A stretch of DNA of 64,000 nucleotides from a virus. The translations under genes were made by a program, and so were the position numbers. The stretch lies in the IMG/VR virus record IMGVR_UViG_3300031669_008155; one strand, written 5' to 3'. Under the pieces are notes generated by a model. The model saw only the letters and a list, made by a program, of their open reading frames with translations, did not search any database and was not told the origin of the DNA. This document shows positions 9,108-17,814 of the stretch, one piece after another; the first letter of the stretch is position 1; every line of letters begins with the position of its first letter.

Positions 9108-9566
9108 ATGATATCTAATTATCTTAAATTTTTACAATCTGAAAAATACAATTACAATGAAGAAGACTTATCCAGTCATCATGGAGTTTCTGCAATTATT
9201 TATGATAAGAATAAAAGAATTCTTATGCAGGAACATGTTAAGTTAAAATTTTGGACAATACCAGTAGGCAAAGTCAAATCAGATGAAACTGTAATTCAAG
9301 GTTTGAAAAAAGAGATTTTGGAAGAGTGTGGAATCAAATTAATAAAATTTAAAGAAGTAGTAAAATTTAATAAAAAATATACCAGGCATGGAAAGAATGT
9401 AACAGTATTTGGTCATATTTTTGAAGTAGAAAAATATTCAGGTACTCCACGTAATCTTGAACCCCAAAAACATAAGCAGCAAATTTTTATGAGTATTGAA
9501 GAGATTAAAAAGAAAGCAAAATTATCAGATTCGACTATTCAAGCATTAAAATATTTAGAAAAATAA
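9108..9566 (+). CDS. NUDIX hydrolase
   Basis: PVGKVKSDETVIQGLKKEILEECG Nudix box. Start moved to ATG 9108 because the track start lies inside tRNA-Thr. Confidence 0.85.
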   Translation: MISNYLKFLQSEKYNYNEEDLSSHHGVSAIIYDKNKRILMQEHVKLKFWTIPVGKVKSDETVIQGLKKEILEECGIKLIKFKEVVKFNKKYTRHGKNVTVFGHIFEVEKYSGTPRNLEPQKHKQQIFMSIEEIKKKAKLSDSTIQALKYLEK

Positions 9567-9646
9567 GACCCTGTAGCTCAGTCCGGATTTAGAGCATCTG
9601 ATTACGAATCAGAAAGTCGGAGGTTCAAATCCTCTCAGGGTCTCCA
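9567..9646 (+). tRNA. tRNA-Arg(ACG)
   Basis: TCTGA-TTACGAA-TCAGA; CCA. Confidence 0.95.
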
Positions 9647-9652
9647 ATCATT

Positions 9653-9727
9653 GCCCCCATAGCTCAACGGATAGAGTAAGGTGCTTCTACCGCCTCGACG
9701 TGCGTTCAACTCGTACTGGGGGTACCA
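9653..9727 (+). tRNA. tRNA-Arg(TCT)
   Basis: AGGTG-CTTCTAC-CGCCT; CCA. Confidence 0.9.
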
Positions 9728-9742
9728 AATGAAAGAAACACC

Positions 9743-9988
9743 ATGTACACAAAAAAAGATTATAGAGGTGCAATCAATTTTGGTCTAAATTTTCCTCCAG
9801 ATTTTGATCTTGTTAAACATGATATAGAAAAGGATCTATATAGGGTTTATGTATTTGATGGAGGTTGGTATGATATAAATCTACATGGATATTACGTTAG
9901 ATCTTGTTTAAAATGGAAAGGAATTAAGAAATGGGATCATCATGGTCAGATGGAAAATGCCAAAGATGCCAAAAGGAAACAACCATAA
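9743..9988 (+). CDS. Hypothetical protein
   Basis: 81-aa ORF. Confidence 0.5.
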   Translation: MYTKKDYRGAINFGLNFPPDFDLVKHDIEKDLYRVYVFDGGWYDINLHGYYVRSCLKWKGIKKWDHHGQMENAKDAKRKQP

Positions 9989-10146
9989 CCACTATGAGTA
10001 TGTTTAATACTGATCATTGCTGTCTTGAATGTATAGATAAAGAGAAGAAACATCCAGATTATAAATATGCTAAACAAATGGAATTATTAGCAATTGAAAC
10101 TGGTAATTATAACTTTCCAGGAATTGGATTACCAGATGATTTATAA
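9931..10146 (+). CDS. Small Cys-rich protein
   Basis: CQRC...MSMFNTDHCCLEC...YNFPGIG; protein-like composition. Confidence 0.55.
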   Translation: MGSSWSDGKCQRCQKETTITTMSMFNTDHCCLECIDKEKKHPDYKYAKQMELLAIETGNYNFPGIGLPDDL

Positions 10147-10150
10147 ATTT

Positions 10151-10227
10151 AGAGGCGTTGTCTAGCGGTCCAAGACACAAGACTTTGACTCTTGTATTCG
10201 TAGGTTCAAATCCTACCGCCTCTTCCA
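10151..10227 (+). tRNA. tRNA-Gln(TTG)
   Basis: CAAGA-CTTTGAC-TCTTG; CCA. Confidence 0.92.
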
Positions 10228-10284
10228 AACAAATGAAAGGAGAATTTATAAAGTGTGAAAACCTGTAAAGATGAATAATATTAA

Positions 10285-10368
10285 GGGGGAATAGACGAAC
10301 TGGTCCAGTCAAGGGATTTAAAATCCCTGCTTAAGTGCGTCCGGGTTCAACTCCCGGTTCCCCTACCA
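10285..10368 (+). tRNA. tRNA-Leu(TAA)
   Basis: AGGGA-TTTAAAA-TCCCT; variable arm; CCA. Confidence 0.92.
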
Positions 10369-10389
10369 AAAGTGAAAGGACTATATTAA

Positions 10390-10737
10390 ATGAAAGTTTA
10401 TACAGAAATTCATACACCATTCAGTTTTGGCGCAAAATATGCATATATCAAAACTGAAATTGAAGAATATCAAAGAATTGATATTGGAAAAGGATATTTT
10501 GGAATCCTCTTTAAAAATCCTTCCAGAAAACTATGGCATATAGTGCAAGAGGACTGTGGAGCTCTTATTGGAACTAATAAATCAAAATCTAAACTTATTA
10601 AATCTGTATTAAATGATGTTGCAAGTGGGGATACTAAATTAATGCAAGAACAAATTGAAATCGGAAAAAAGCAAATGTCCCAAGCTCATTCTCTTGAAAG
10701 AGATGAATGGTTCAAACGTTTTCCAAAATCTAAGTAA
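10390..10737 (+). CDS. Hypothetical protein
   Basis: AAAGGA SD; 115 aa. Confidence 0.65.
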   Translation: MKVYTEIHTPFSFGAKYAYIKTEIEEYQRIDIGKGYFGILFKNPSRKLWHIVQEDCGALIGTNKSKSKLIKSVLNDVASGDTKLMQEQIEIGKKQMSQAHSLERDEWFKRFPKSK

Positions 10738-10748
10738 TACAGGAGCTT

Positions 10749-11195
10749 ATGAATATGATAAAAAAATTCTTTATAACAATTTCAATCATATCAGTATTAA
10801 TATTGTCAATGATACCATCTGTATTCGCACAAGATCAAGAAATAACACTAGCTTGGGATGCTAATGTAGAACCTGATCTAAAACTTTATACCATCTACTA
10901 CGGAACAGCTAGTGGAGACTATAGTCATGTTATTAATACAGAAACAGATACTTCTGGAAGACCTCCAGCATGCACCACTTATGATCCATTTGATGCCAAC
11001 TGCTGCGAATACACAGTAAAAGGATTGAGTATAGGAACATATTATTTTGCAGCTACAGCATCTGATCAAGATGGAAATCAAAGTGAATTTTCAATAGAAT
11101 TGACTCACACATTTATAGATGATAGCACTACTGAAAAGTTACCTAAACAACTAGAACAACCATCTAAAATTCAAAGCATTCCACCAATAGAATAA
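10749..11195 (+). CDS. Secreted fibronectin type III-like protein
   Basis: Signal peptide ending VFA; ITLAWDAN.EPDL..Y.IYYG...YYFAATA.D..GNQS pattern. Confidence 0.75.
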   Translation: MNMIKKFFITISIISVLILSMIPSVFAQDQEITLAWDANVEPDLKLYTIYYGTASGDYSHVINTETDTSGRPPACTTYDPFDANCCEYTVKGLSIGTYYFAATASDQDGNQSEFSIELTHTFIDDSTTEKLPKQLEQPSKIQSIPPIE

Positions 11196-11249
11196 AACGA
11201 AAATCAGAAAAAGATTTCTATCAACCACTAACTGCAAAGGAGACAATAT

Positions 11250-11780
11250 GTGGAACGAAACCCGAACCATACCGAAACTACAATTGGATTGTTTGGAACA
11301 TGTGATAACAGTCAATGGAGACTCCCATTTATTAAAAAGTATGACGAGTTGGGAATAGCTTGGTTCAACCCTGATGCTGGAGATAACTGGCATCCTGGAT
11401 TAATTGAGCTTGAGAATTATTATCTCAATTATGCAGAGATTATATTATTTCCAATTTTGAAAGAGTCTCTTGGTTCAGGAAGTTTAGGAGAAATTGGATT
11501 CAGTGTTCAAAATGTTATTAGAAATATTCAAAATGGAAGGCAACAAACCCTGATTGCTCTCATCGACAATGATTGTACAGATGAAAGAAAATCAGAAGAA
11601 GAAAGAAAACGTTCTATTAAAGACAGAAAACTTGTAAAAACAAAATTCTTAAAAAACGTTTCCTGTCCTGTGATTACATTAGTCAATACATTAGATGAAA
11701 TGCTGATAATGAGTCTTGAATTATATGACTTCTTTACTAAAGGTTGTCCAGTAGAAGAAACAGCACCAAGATCAGCATAA
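11250..11780 (+). CDS. Nucleoside 2-deoxyribosyltransferase-like protein
   Basis: GLFGTC..SQWR, WFNPD..DNW, ILFPI..ES.GSGSLGEIG resemble NDT-like domains. Confidence 0.55.
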   Translation: MERNPNHTETTIGLFGTCDNSQWRLPFIKKYDELGIAWFNPDAGDNWHPGLIELENYYLNYAEIILFPILKESLGSGSLGEIGFSVQNVIRNIQNGRQQTLIALIDNDCTDERKSEEERKRSIKDRKLVKTKFLKNVSCPVITLVNTLDEMLIMSLELYDFFTKGCPVEETAPRSA

Positions 11781-11787
11781 CATCAAT

Positions 11788-11865
11788 AGCTCTGTGGTGG
11801 AACGGTATACACGATTGATTCAAAATCAATTAGGATTAAGGGTTCAAATCCCTTCAGAGCTACCA
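11788..11865 (+). tRNA. tRNA-Leu(CAA), short variable region
   Basis: ATTGA-TTCAAAA-TCAAT; Leu-type D loop; 7-nt variable region. Confidence 0.88.
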
Positions 11866-11874
11866 ACAGAACAA

Positions 11875-11963
11875 TGCGGGGTAGAGTAGTCCGGTCCAAC
11901 TCGCTGGTCTCATAAGCCAGATCTCGAAAGAGAACGTGGGTTCAAATCCCACCCCCGCTACCA
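11875..11963 (+). tRNA. tRNA-Met(CAT), initiator-like body with inserted variable hairpin
   Basis: GCGGGG/CCCCGC acceptor with 1:72 mismatch; CTGGT-CTCATAA-GCCAG; variable ATCTCGAAAGAGAAC. Confidence 0.85.
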
Positions 11964-12004
11964 TTCATATAGAGAGATCATATTAAAATGAAAGGATATT
12001 AAAA

Positions 12005-12283
12005 ATGGAAGATGTAGATGATTTAGAAGAAACTGGATATATAAAACTAAAAAAATCAAAGAATATAATATACGCCCATTGTAGAAACTGTATTCACGAC
12101 ATGGAACCAGGTTATAATCCAGCAAAATGGGCTGATCTCGAAGCAATCATTGATCTTAAAACTGGGATATTAACTCTTGGTTGTAGAAGATGTAACCTTC
12201 CTATTTTATGCGCCATGGTCCCAAGTGACATGGTAAAGCATGTAGACCATTGTGGATGCGAAATGTGTAAAACTGAACAATAG
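12005..12283 (+). CDS. Small putative Zn-binding protein
   Basis: HCRNC, GCRRC, CGCEMC. Confidence 0.6.
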   Translation: MEDVDDLEETGYIKLKKSKNIIYAHCRNCIHDMEPGYNPAKWADLEAIIDLKTGILTLGCRRCNLPILCAMVPSDMVKHVDHCGCEMCKTEQ

Positions 12284-12307
12284 ACCAAACTCATCTGGGA
12301 GCGAATC

Positions 12308-13120
12308 ATGACCAAAACATTCAAAGGTGGTGAGATACCTAAATCTCCAAGTGCTAGTGGAATTTTAATTGGAGGTAAAGTAACACTCGAAGAACATGTT
12401 TTTCTTGAAGAAGCAAAAGAACTTGGTGAAGAACTGACTCCTGATAATGTAAAACCATATCACAAAACAAAAATAAAATATAAAGATCATAAGGAGTCAA
12501 ATAAACCTGGAAGAATACTCACCAGACGTGAAATTAACAAAGAACAATGGGAGAAAATTATTATGGCACAAACAACAATTGATAGCGTAATTATTGGTGC
12601 ACTATTATCAGGAAGAGAAATAGCTGGAACCGAATTAATGAATATCGTATTAGAAAAAGTTCCTGAAAAATTAAAAACAGACTATTCCTGCAGAAGCTCA
12701 TACATGTTCCATAAAACCGATTTTGGCAAATTTGTTACAGATAGACAAGTAGGAAATGGAAAGATGTTTAAACTTGTAACTGCTGCACTTGATTGTACAG
12801 TAGATGAACTGCTTCCTTTCCTTTATAAAGAAAAGGTAGATGAAAGGTTAGCAACTTTGGATAAGCATATAGCTCTCCGTCCTTTTCTGGAACAAACCAA
12901 ACCAGAAAAACAGATTGAAGTTGAATCCGTAGAATTTAAACCAGATGAACCAAAAGTTGAACCAGAAATTGTCAATCTGAAAGATTTCGAAAATATCAAA
13001 AAGACAAACGAAAAGGTAAATACCGCCATTGAATCTGCCATATCAAAAGTAATAAATGAACTTGGAATCAATGTCACCGTGAATGGTAAAGTAGAGTTCG
13101 TATTCAAATGGGGAAATTAA
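12308..13120 (+). CDS. Hypothetical protein
   Basis: 270-aa ORF. Confidence 0.7.
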   Translation: MTKTFKGGEIPKSPSASGILIGGKVTLEEHVFLEEAKELGEELTPDNVKPYHKTKIKYKDHKESNKPGRILTRREINKEQWEKIIMAQTTIDSVIIGALLSGREIAGTELMNIVLEKVPEKLKTDYSCRSSYMFHKTDFGKFVTDRQVGNGKMFKLVTAALDCTVDELLPFLYKEKVDERLATLDKHIALRPFLEQTKPEKQIEVESVEFKPDEPKVEPEIVNLKDFENIKKTNEKVNTAIESAISKVINELGINVTVNGKVEFVFKWGN

Positions 13121-13123
13121 TAA

Positions 13124-13184
13124 AAAACGAAGAGATTCTCTTTCTGTAATATTAAAAAATCAGACAAGAGAATCTCTTCGTTTT
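13124..13184. repeat. 18-bp perfect inverted repeat (terminator or operator pair)
   Basis: AAAACGAAGAGATTCTCT ... AGAGAATCTCTTCGTTTT with a 25-nt spacer. Confidence 0.7.
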
Positions 13185-13205
13185 AAATGTGAATAAGGAA
13201 TTGAA

Positions 13206-13745
13206 ATGATAATACACTCAATTAGCACACATAATATGATTACCGTTGCAACAGATAAACGTTCAATTGCAGAATTGTCAGCGATCATTCCAATTAAAGA
13301 TATACCAGGAAAAGTTTTTTATTTTCATAGAATTAAAGTTCTTCCCAAATATGAAGGAACAGGAGAAGGAAGAGAACTGATAATTGAAGTATGCAAACTT
13401 ATAGATAAACAAAATGCAACAATTTATAATGAACTAAATCCTTATGGTAAAAGAGATTTGAAAGGTTTAATAAGTTTCTTTAAAGCTTCTAGATTTGAGA
13501 TGTACAAAGAACCAAATATTATGATACGAAAACCAAAAGATACAACACGGGAATACCCATATATAATTAAAGAGAAAATAATTAAAGAAAGAAATTATAA
13601 CATAAATTATGGGGATGATAGAATATGTGAATGTGGACATCCTTATCATAGACACTTTGACCCATATGAAAATATGAATCCTTGTGGTTGTAAATATTGC
13701 AACTGTTATATATTCATAGAGAAAAAAGAGAAAGGAAAAAAATGA
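13206..13745 (+). CDS. GNAT-like acetyltransferase with C-terminal Cys/His cluster
   Basis: IKVLPKYEGTGEGRELI motif A; CECGHPYHRH...CGCKYCNC. Confidence 0.6.
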   Translation: MIIHSISTHNMITVATDKRSIAELSAIIPIKDIPGKVFYFHRIKVLPKYEGTGEGRELIIEVCKLIDKQNATIYNELNPYGKRDLKGLISFFKASRFEMYKEPNIMIRKPKDTTREYPYIIKEKIIKERNYNINYGDDRICECGHPYHRHFDPYENMNPCGCKYCNCYIFIEKKEKGKK

Positions 13746-14092
13746 GAATAAAACTTCCAACAAATATAACACTAACAAACTTTATATCTATACAATGGTT
13801 AAAAAATTTGAAAGATTCATCGTTTATCAAATCTATCAAAAGATTTGGTAGAAGCAATAAAGTTTCTAACTTTATTATAACAACCATTGCATCTATTATC
13901 ATTCTACTATTTGCTCTTATTCCCACTTGGTTTTATTTTGGAATAAGATTTCTTATTGAACCAGAAGGATTTTGGCAAGAATTTGCTCTTGTCACCATAT
14001 GTATGATTGTAATAGGATGGTTACAAGCAATTATGCTCATTATTGCAGTAGGTTTAATTTTTCACATCATCTTAGATGATTCCCCATACTAA
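13742..14092 (+). CDS. Membrane protein (about 2 TM segments)
   Basis: Hydrophobic segments; ATG 13742 overlaps the upstream stop. Confidence 0.6.
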   Translation: MRIKLPTNITLTNFISIQWLKNLKDSSFIKSIKRFGRSNKVSNFIITTIASIIILLFALIPTWFYFGIRFLIEPEGFWQEFALVTICMIVIGWLQAIMLIIAVGLIFHIILDDSPY

Positions 14093-14102
14093 AGGAGAAA
14101 CA

Positions 14103-14558
14103 ATGAATACGCCCGAAACTGAAAATACAATATCATATAAAACAATGAAATTAGACGAAATTGGCAACTCAATTTATTATAGAGTAGCTTGCCAATGTGG
14201 AAGTCAAGATTGTGATTTAGTTTTAGAATTAGAATATGATAAAGATTTTGATTCCATCAACATTAGAATGTATAAAAAATTACACGCTTCTGCACACTGG
14301 GGTGAATCCTGGGATCATTTTGACTTTATCAGAGTTCTGTGGAACAAAATCAAAATGTGCAGTATAGTTATGACAAAAGGTTATGTTGAAATTACCGAAG
14401 AAACAATGATTCAGGGGGAAGAACATATTGACAGTTTTATTTCAGCTTTACAACAAGGCAAGAGATTTATTGTTGGAAAGGAGAAGGAATGGCAGAAATT
14501 CCTAGAATTACAAAAACAAGAACCAAAAAACTTGTCCAATGCAGAGAAGGACAAATAG
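14103..14558 (+). CDS. Hypothetical protein
   Basis: AAGGAG SD before ATG 14103. Confidence 0.65.
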   Translation: MNTPETENTISYKTMKLDEIGNSIYYRVACQCGSQDCDLVLELEYDKDFDSINIRMYKKLHASAHWGESWDHFDFIRVLWNKIKMCSIVMTKGYVEITEETMIQGEEHIDSFISALQQGKRFIVGKEKEWQKFLELQKQEPKNLSNAEKDK

Positions 14559-14695
14559 TAAAATTTCCAACCGCTATGGCACAAATGGATGTTGAAGAAA
14601 TTGCAACTGAATATGGATTTAGAGTTTGGTTCTTTGAACCAGGCGATATGGAATATAACAAACATGGACGGAATGTTGTTAAACTTATAAAATAA
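14489..14695 (+). CDS. Small hypothetical protein (start uncertain)
   Basis: 3' half fills the gap before tRNA-Ser. Confidence 0.35.
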   Translation: MAEIPRITKTRTKKLVQCREGQIVKFPTAMAQMDVEEIATEYGFRVWFFEPGDMEYNKHGRNVVKLIK

Positions 14696-14785
14696 GGCGA
14701 GTTACCCAAGTCAGGTTTAAGGGAGCTGTTTGCTAAACAGTCGGGGATAAAACCTCCACAGGTTCGAATCCTGTACTCGCCGCCA
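14696..14785 (+). tRNA. tRNA-Ser(GCT)
   Basis: GCTGT-TTGCTAA-ACAGT; long variable arm; G73. Confidence 0.93.
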
Positions 14786-14891
14786 GTCAGGGATACGTGG
14801 GAGGTCCAGTAGGACGGCACAATCAGGGGTGGGCACTTGTGCAACAGAAAGAGAAAATGAATCTATTACTAAAACATAGAGGAGAGATACA

Positions 14892-15977
14892 ATGAAAAAA
14901 AGTCTTTTACTAATTACAATTTTATTATTAACGCTGTATGGAGTTGCTCAAGCTGCCAGAGTAACTAATAATTTAGTTTTATTATATGATTTTACTGAAA
15001 CAACCGGTGAAGTTATAACAGACAAAGCAACCGGAACACCAATGCTCAATTTAGATATTACTGAACCCGCAGATGTAACATTTTTAAATCCAGGATTGAG
15101 GGTGACAGCAGCAACTATTATTAAGACAAGTGCTGCACGTACCAAATTAGGTGCTAGCGTCTTTTTCACCAATGGTATCACAATAGAGGCATGGTTAAAA
15201 CCTCTTAACAATACTCAAGGTGGACCTGCACGCATCATTTCTTTTTCTTCAGATAGTGGAAATCGTAATTTCACTCTTGGACAAGTAAATGATAAATGGG
15301 ACGTAAGATTCAGAACTAGTGTCAATCCTGGTAATGGAACTGCTCCAAGCACCACAACTCTCGCTGGTAGTATTGCTGCAACTCCTGCACTTCAGCATGT
15401 TGTCTACACTAGAGATTCAGCAGGTAATGCAAAAATTTATATTGATAAAGTTGAAGTAGCAACACAGTCTATTCCAGGAGATGGAAGCAATTGGGATATC
15501 TCGTATGGATTTGGATTGTTCAATGAGTTATCTTATCCTGCTATCCCTGATGATGAAAGAACATGGTTGGGAGATATATTCATAGCTGCAATTTATGGTA
15601 AGAATTTGACTATAGCTGAAATAACCCAGAATTTTGATGCCGGTCCTAATGCAACACCAGCTCCACCTGTATTACCAGTAACAAGATCTTATAAAATTAC
15701 TACAACTTTATGTGATTCAACAACAAAGGTTACTAACTCAAAATTTGATCCCGGCATGACTTGGGCAACATTCATGGCACAAAATAAAGGTACAGATAAC
15801 TTTGTTGATGCCCCAAATACAAATCCTGCTACTAAAGGAGAAGTAGCTGGAATGTATATGCCTGCTGATCCAACAGAAGTTGTTGCTGCAAATCTTAGAT
15901 CAACAATAGTATCAGCAGATGAAACAAGAACAATTAGAATATATAAAGCTATATGTTCTTCTGTCTTTTTAGAATGA
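14892..15977 (+). CDS. Secreted LamG/concanavalin-A-like protein
   Basis: Signal peptide (AQA); ITIEAWLKP, ARIISFS, HVVYTRD..G.AKIYID, AAIY...LT.AEI.QNF. Confidence 0.8.
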   Translation: MKKSLLLITILLLTLYGVAQAARVTNNLVLLYDFTETTGEVITDKATGTPMLNLDITEPADVTFLNPGLRVTAATIIKTSAARTKLGASVFFTNGITIEAWLKPLNNTQGGPARIISFSSDSGNRNFTLGQVNDKWDVRFRTSVNPGNGTAPSTTTLAGSIAATPALQHVVYTRDSAGNAKIYIDKVEVATQSIPGDGSNWDISYGFGLFNELSYPAIPDDERTWLGDIFIAAIYGKNLTIAEITQNFDAGPNATPAPPVLPVTRSYKITTTLCDSTTKVTNSKFDPGMTWATFMAQNKGTDNFVDAPNTNPATKGEVAGMYMPADPTEVVAANLRSTIVSADETRTIRIYKAICSSVFLE

Positions 15978-15984
15978 GGTATAA

Positions 15985-16236
15985 ATGGAAGAACCAACAG
16001 TCGCAAAAGCAATAATGGGAAGGAGATTCCTAGTTACAGATTCACAACTAAGTACTCTTTTTGAATATATTAGAAGAAATGATACAAAAAGAGCATCCAT
16101 ATTAATTAAATCCATAAGAAAATTACAATATGTTTTTGAGTCTCAAAATATTATTTCTGAGGATGTTGATAGAGTACAAGGAAGAGCTGGTAGTATTCTA
16201 ACTGATATATTGGAGGGGTGGTCAAGTATGGTGTGA
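15985..16236 (+). CDS. Hypothetical protein
   Basis: GAGG SD; 3' end overlaps tRNA-Ser. Confidence 0.5.
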   Translation: MEEPTVAKAIMGRRFLVTDSQLSTLFEYIRRNDTKRASILIKSIRKLQYVFESQNIISEDVDRVQGRAGSILTDILEGWSSMV

Positions 16237-16300
16237 CAGCAGTCTTGAAAACTGTCGGGTGTAAAAAGCTTTGCAGGTTCGAATCCTGTCCCCTCCGCCA
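16212..16300 (+). tRNA. tRNA-Ser(TGA)
   Basis: GCAGT-CTTGAAA-ACTGT; long variable arm; G73. Confidence 0.93.
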
Positions 16301-16316
16301 ACAAAAAGGGTTTCTA

Positions 16317-16592
16317 ATGGTAAAATACAATACATCGAAATATAACATTGGTGATCTTGTTACTATTGTAAGCACCAAAAACTCTAGTCCTAATCATTTA
16401 ATGATAAATATGATTGGACATGTATATCCAATACAAGGAATTCCAGATCATACTTCTTGTATTATTAATAACTTTTACTGGTCCTCTAAGGATATTAAAA
16501 AATTTCATCCAGACAAAGAAAACAAAGAAAATATGAAACCAAAAAAATTTAATGTGAATAACTTGCTTATTGAGGAACAATATGAAAAATAA
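16317..16592 (+). CDS. Hypothetical protein
   Basis: Start moved to ATG 16317, downstream of the tRNA. Confidence 0.55.
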   Translation: MVKYNTSKYNIGDLVTIVSTKNSSPNHLMINMIGHVYPIQGIPDHTSCIINNFYWSSKDIKKFHPDKENKENMKPKKFNVNNLLIEEQYEK

Positions 16593-16908
16593 TTGGGATC
16601 TAGAACAAATCAGAATTCATATTCACTGGACTGATAAGTTATTAGCTTTAGGAGCTTGTGGTGGCAATTTAAGAGTTGAAATGATAAATCCTTTAAAAGG
16701 ACATACAAGACAAAAATTACTCACCGCAAGAGTCAAAGTGGAAAGATTTAACAGTGGTTATAATAACATTGAATGGTACAACAATTTAACACAAAAAGAG
16801 TTTGAAGAACATCTTAAAGATACCATAGATGTAATGATAAAATCATATCATAGAGGAATGCTTTTACTAGATGAAGATTATAACTGGATTGAAAACTGGC
16901 AATTATGA
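16570..16908 (+). CDS. Hypothetical protein
   Basis: Overlapping operon ORF. Confidence 0.55.
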   Translation: MRNNMKNNWDLEQIRIHIHWTDKLLALGACGGNLRVEMINPLKGHTRQKLLTARVKVERFNSGYNNIEWYNNLTQKEFEEHLKDTIDVMIKSYHRGMLLLDEDYNWIENWQL

Positions 16909-17192
16909 CAATCTCTGATATGGTATCAAAAGTATTTGAGAAACAATTATTACCTTGTAAAAACTGTTTCGTTCAACCAATATGTCAAACTAAAACTCCA
17001 TGGAATCATAGATTTAGAATCTGTAGCAGATATATAAAATATAGACAAAATATTAATACATACAAAAATATATTAGAAACTCTTCGCACGTGTATAACAC
17101 TTTTTATAATCTTCTTAATTTTTCTTTATATAATAGTAACATTTTTTATGGGTCTAATTCATCAATATCTTTTAATTTTTGAGGGCGTATAG
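16905..17192 (+). CDS. Small membrane protein with PCxxC motif
   Basis: PCKNCFVQPIC; C-terminal hydrophobic segment. Confidence 0.55.
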   Translation: MTISDMVSKVFEKQLLPCKNCFVQPICQTKTPWNHRFRICSRYIKYRQNINTYKNILETLRTCITLFIIFLIFLYIIVTFFMGLIHQYLLIFEGV

Positions 17193-17265
17193 CTCAGTGG
17201 TAGAGCACCTTGGTCAATTGCTATCACCTTGGAGGTCGATGGTTCGAATCCATCTACGCCTAACA
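17183..17265 (+). tRNA. Aberrant or pseudo tRNA with enlarged anticodon arm
   Basis: Normal acceptor, D and T arms; 25-nt anticodon region CCTTGGTCAATTGCTATCACCTTGG; ends AACA rather than NCCA. Confidence 0.6.
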
Positions 17266-17286
17266 TTTATAAGGAGGTACCAAATT

Positions 17287-17453
17287 ATGGGGAAGCAAAG
17301 AGAAAGTATCACATAGTAGAATTTAATGATCATTGGAAGGTTGAAAAAAGAATTATATTTGATCTTTGGTTCTACGTTAGAGACAAAAAATTAAAAAAGA
17401 TAAAGTTTAATAATTTTCAAGAAGTTGTGAAATATGTCAACAAAAGAAAATAA
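17287..17453 (+). pseudogene. Small gene apparently frameshifted just after its start
   Basis: Strong SD AAGGAGGT plus ATG 17287 gives MGKQRESIT-TAG-TAG; the protein-like reading (KRKYHIVEFNDHWKVEK...) is in the -1 frame across a G4 run. Confidence 0.35.
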
Positions 17454-17461
17454 TCTAAGAT

Positions 17462-17550
17462 GGGGGGTGTTCCTGTTGCTGGGCTGTAAACTCAGTGTCA
17501 TAAAACATATAGGAGGGTGACGAGAGGTTCAATTCCTTCGCCCCCCACCA
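17462..17550 (+). tRNA. tRNA-Tyr(GTA)-like RNA lacking a D stem
   Basis: G6/C6 acceptor, CTGGG-CTGTAAA-CTCAG, TTCAATT T loop, ACCA; only 11 nt in the D region and about 25 nt variable region. Confidence 0.65.
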
Positions 17551-17571
17551 TTTGAGAAGGAATTCTAATGT

Positions 17572-17814
17572 ATGAAAAACCCATGTGACATATGCATTTG
17601 TAAGGTAATATGTACTGAAATATGTCCAGAAAAAGAAAACTATCTAACATTAATTAAAAATGCTATTATCCAAAATTCTTATTCAAAAAGAGGAATTCGA
17701 ATACCAAAAAATGATAATTTTAGAAAATATCTTGAAATGCAACAACAACATTTCAAAGATACAGCGAAAATCAATGTGAGAAATTATAAGAAGAGGGGAG
17801 GAATGATTTCATGA
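17572..17814 (+). CDS. Small PCxxC-x5-C-x3-C protein
   Basis: NPCDICICKVICTEICPEK. Confidence 0.55.
   Translation: MKNPCDICICKVICTEICPEKENYLTLIKNAIIQNSYSKRGIRIPKNDNFRKYLEMQQQHFKDTAKINVRNYKKRGGMIS

Noticed and set aside
14829-14846. c-di-GMP-II riboswitch
   Set aside because: GGGCACTT and GTGCAAC are contiguous, leaving no room for the required stems or kink-turn.
8481-16300. Anticodons TAG, TAA and TGA as suppressor or selenocysteine tRNAs
   Set aside because: These read CUA, UUA and UCA (Leu, Leu, Ser). Only the CTA anticodon at 20575-20577 reads a stop codon.
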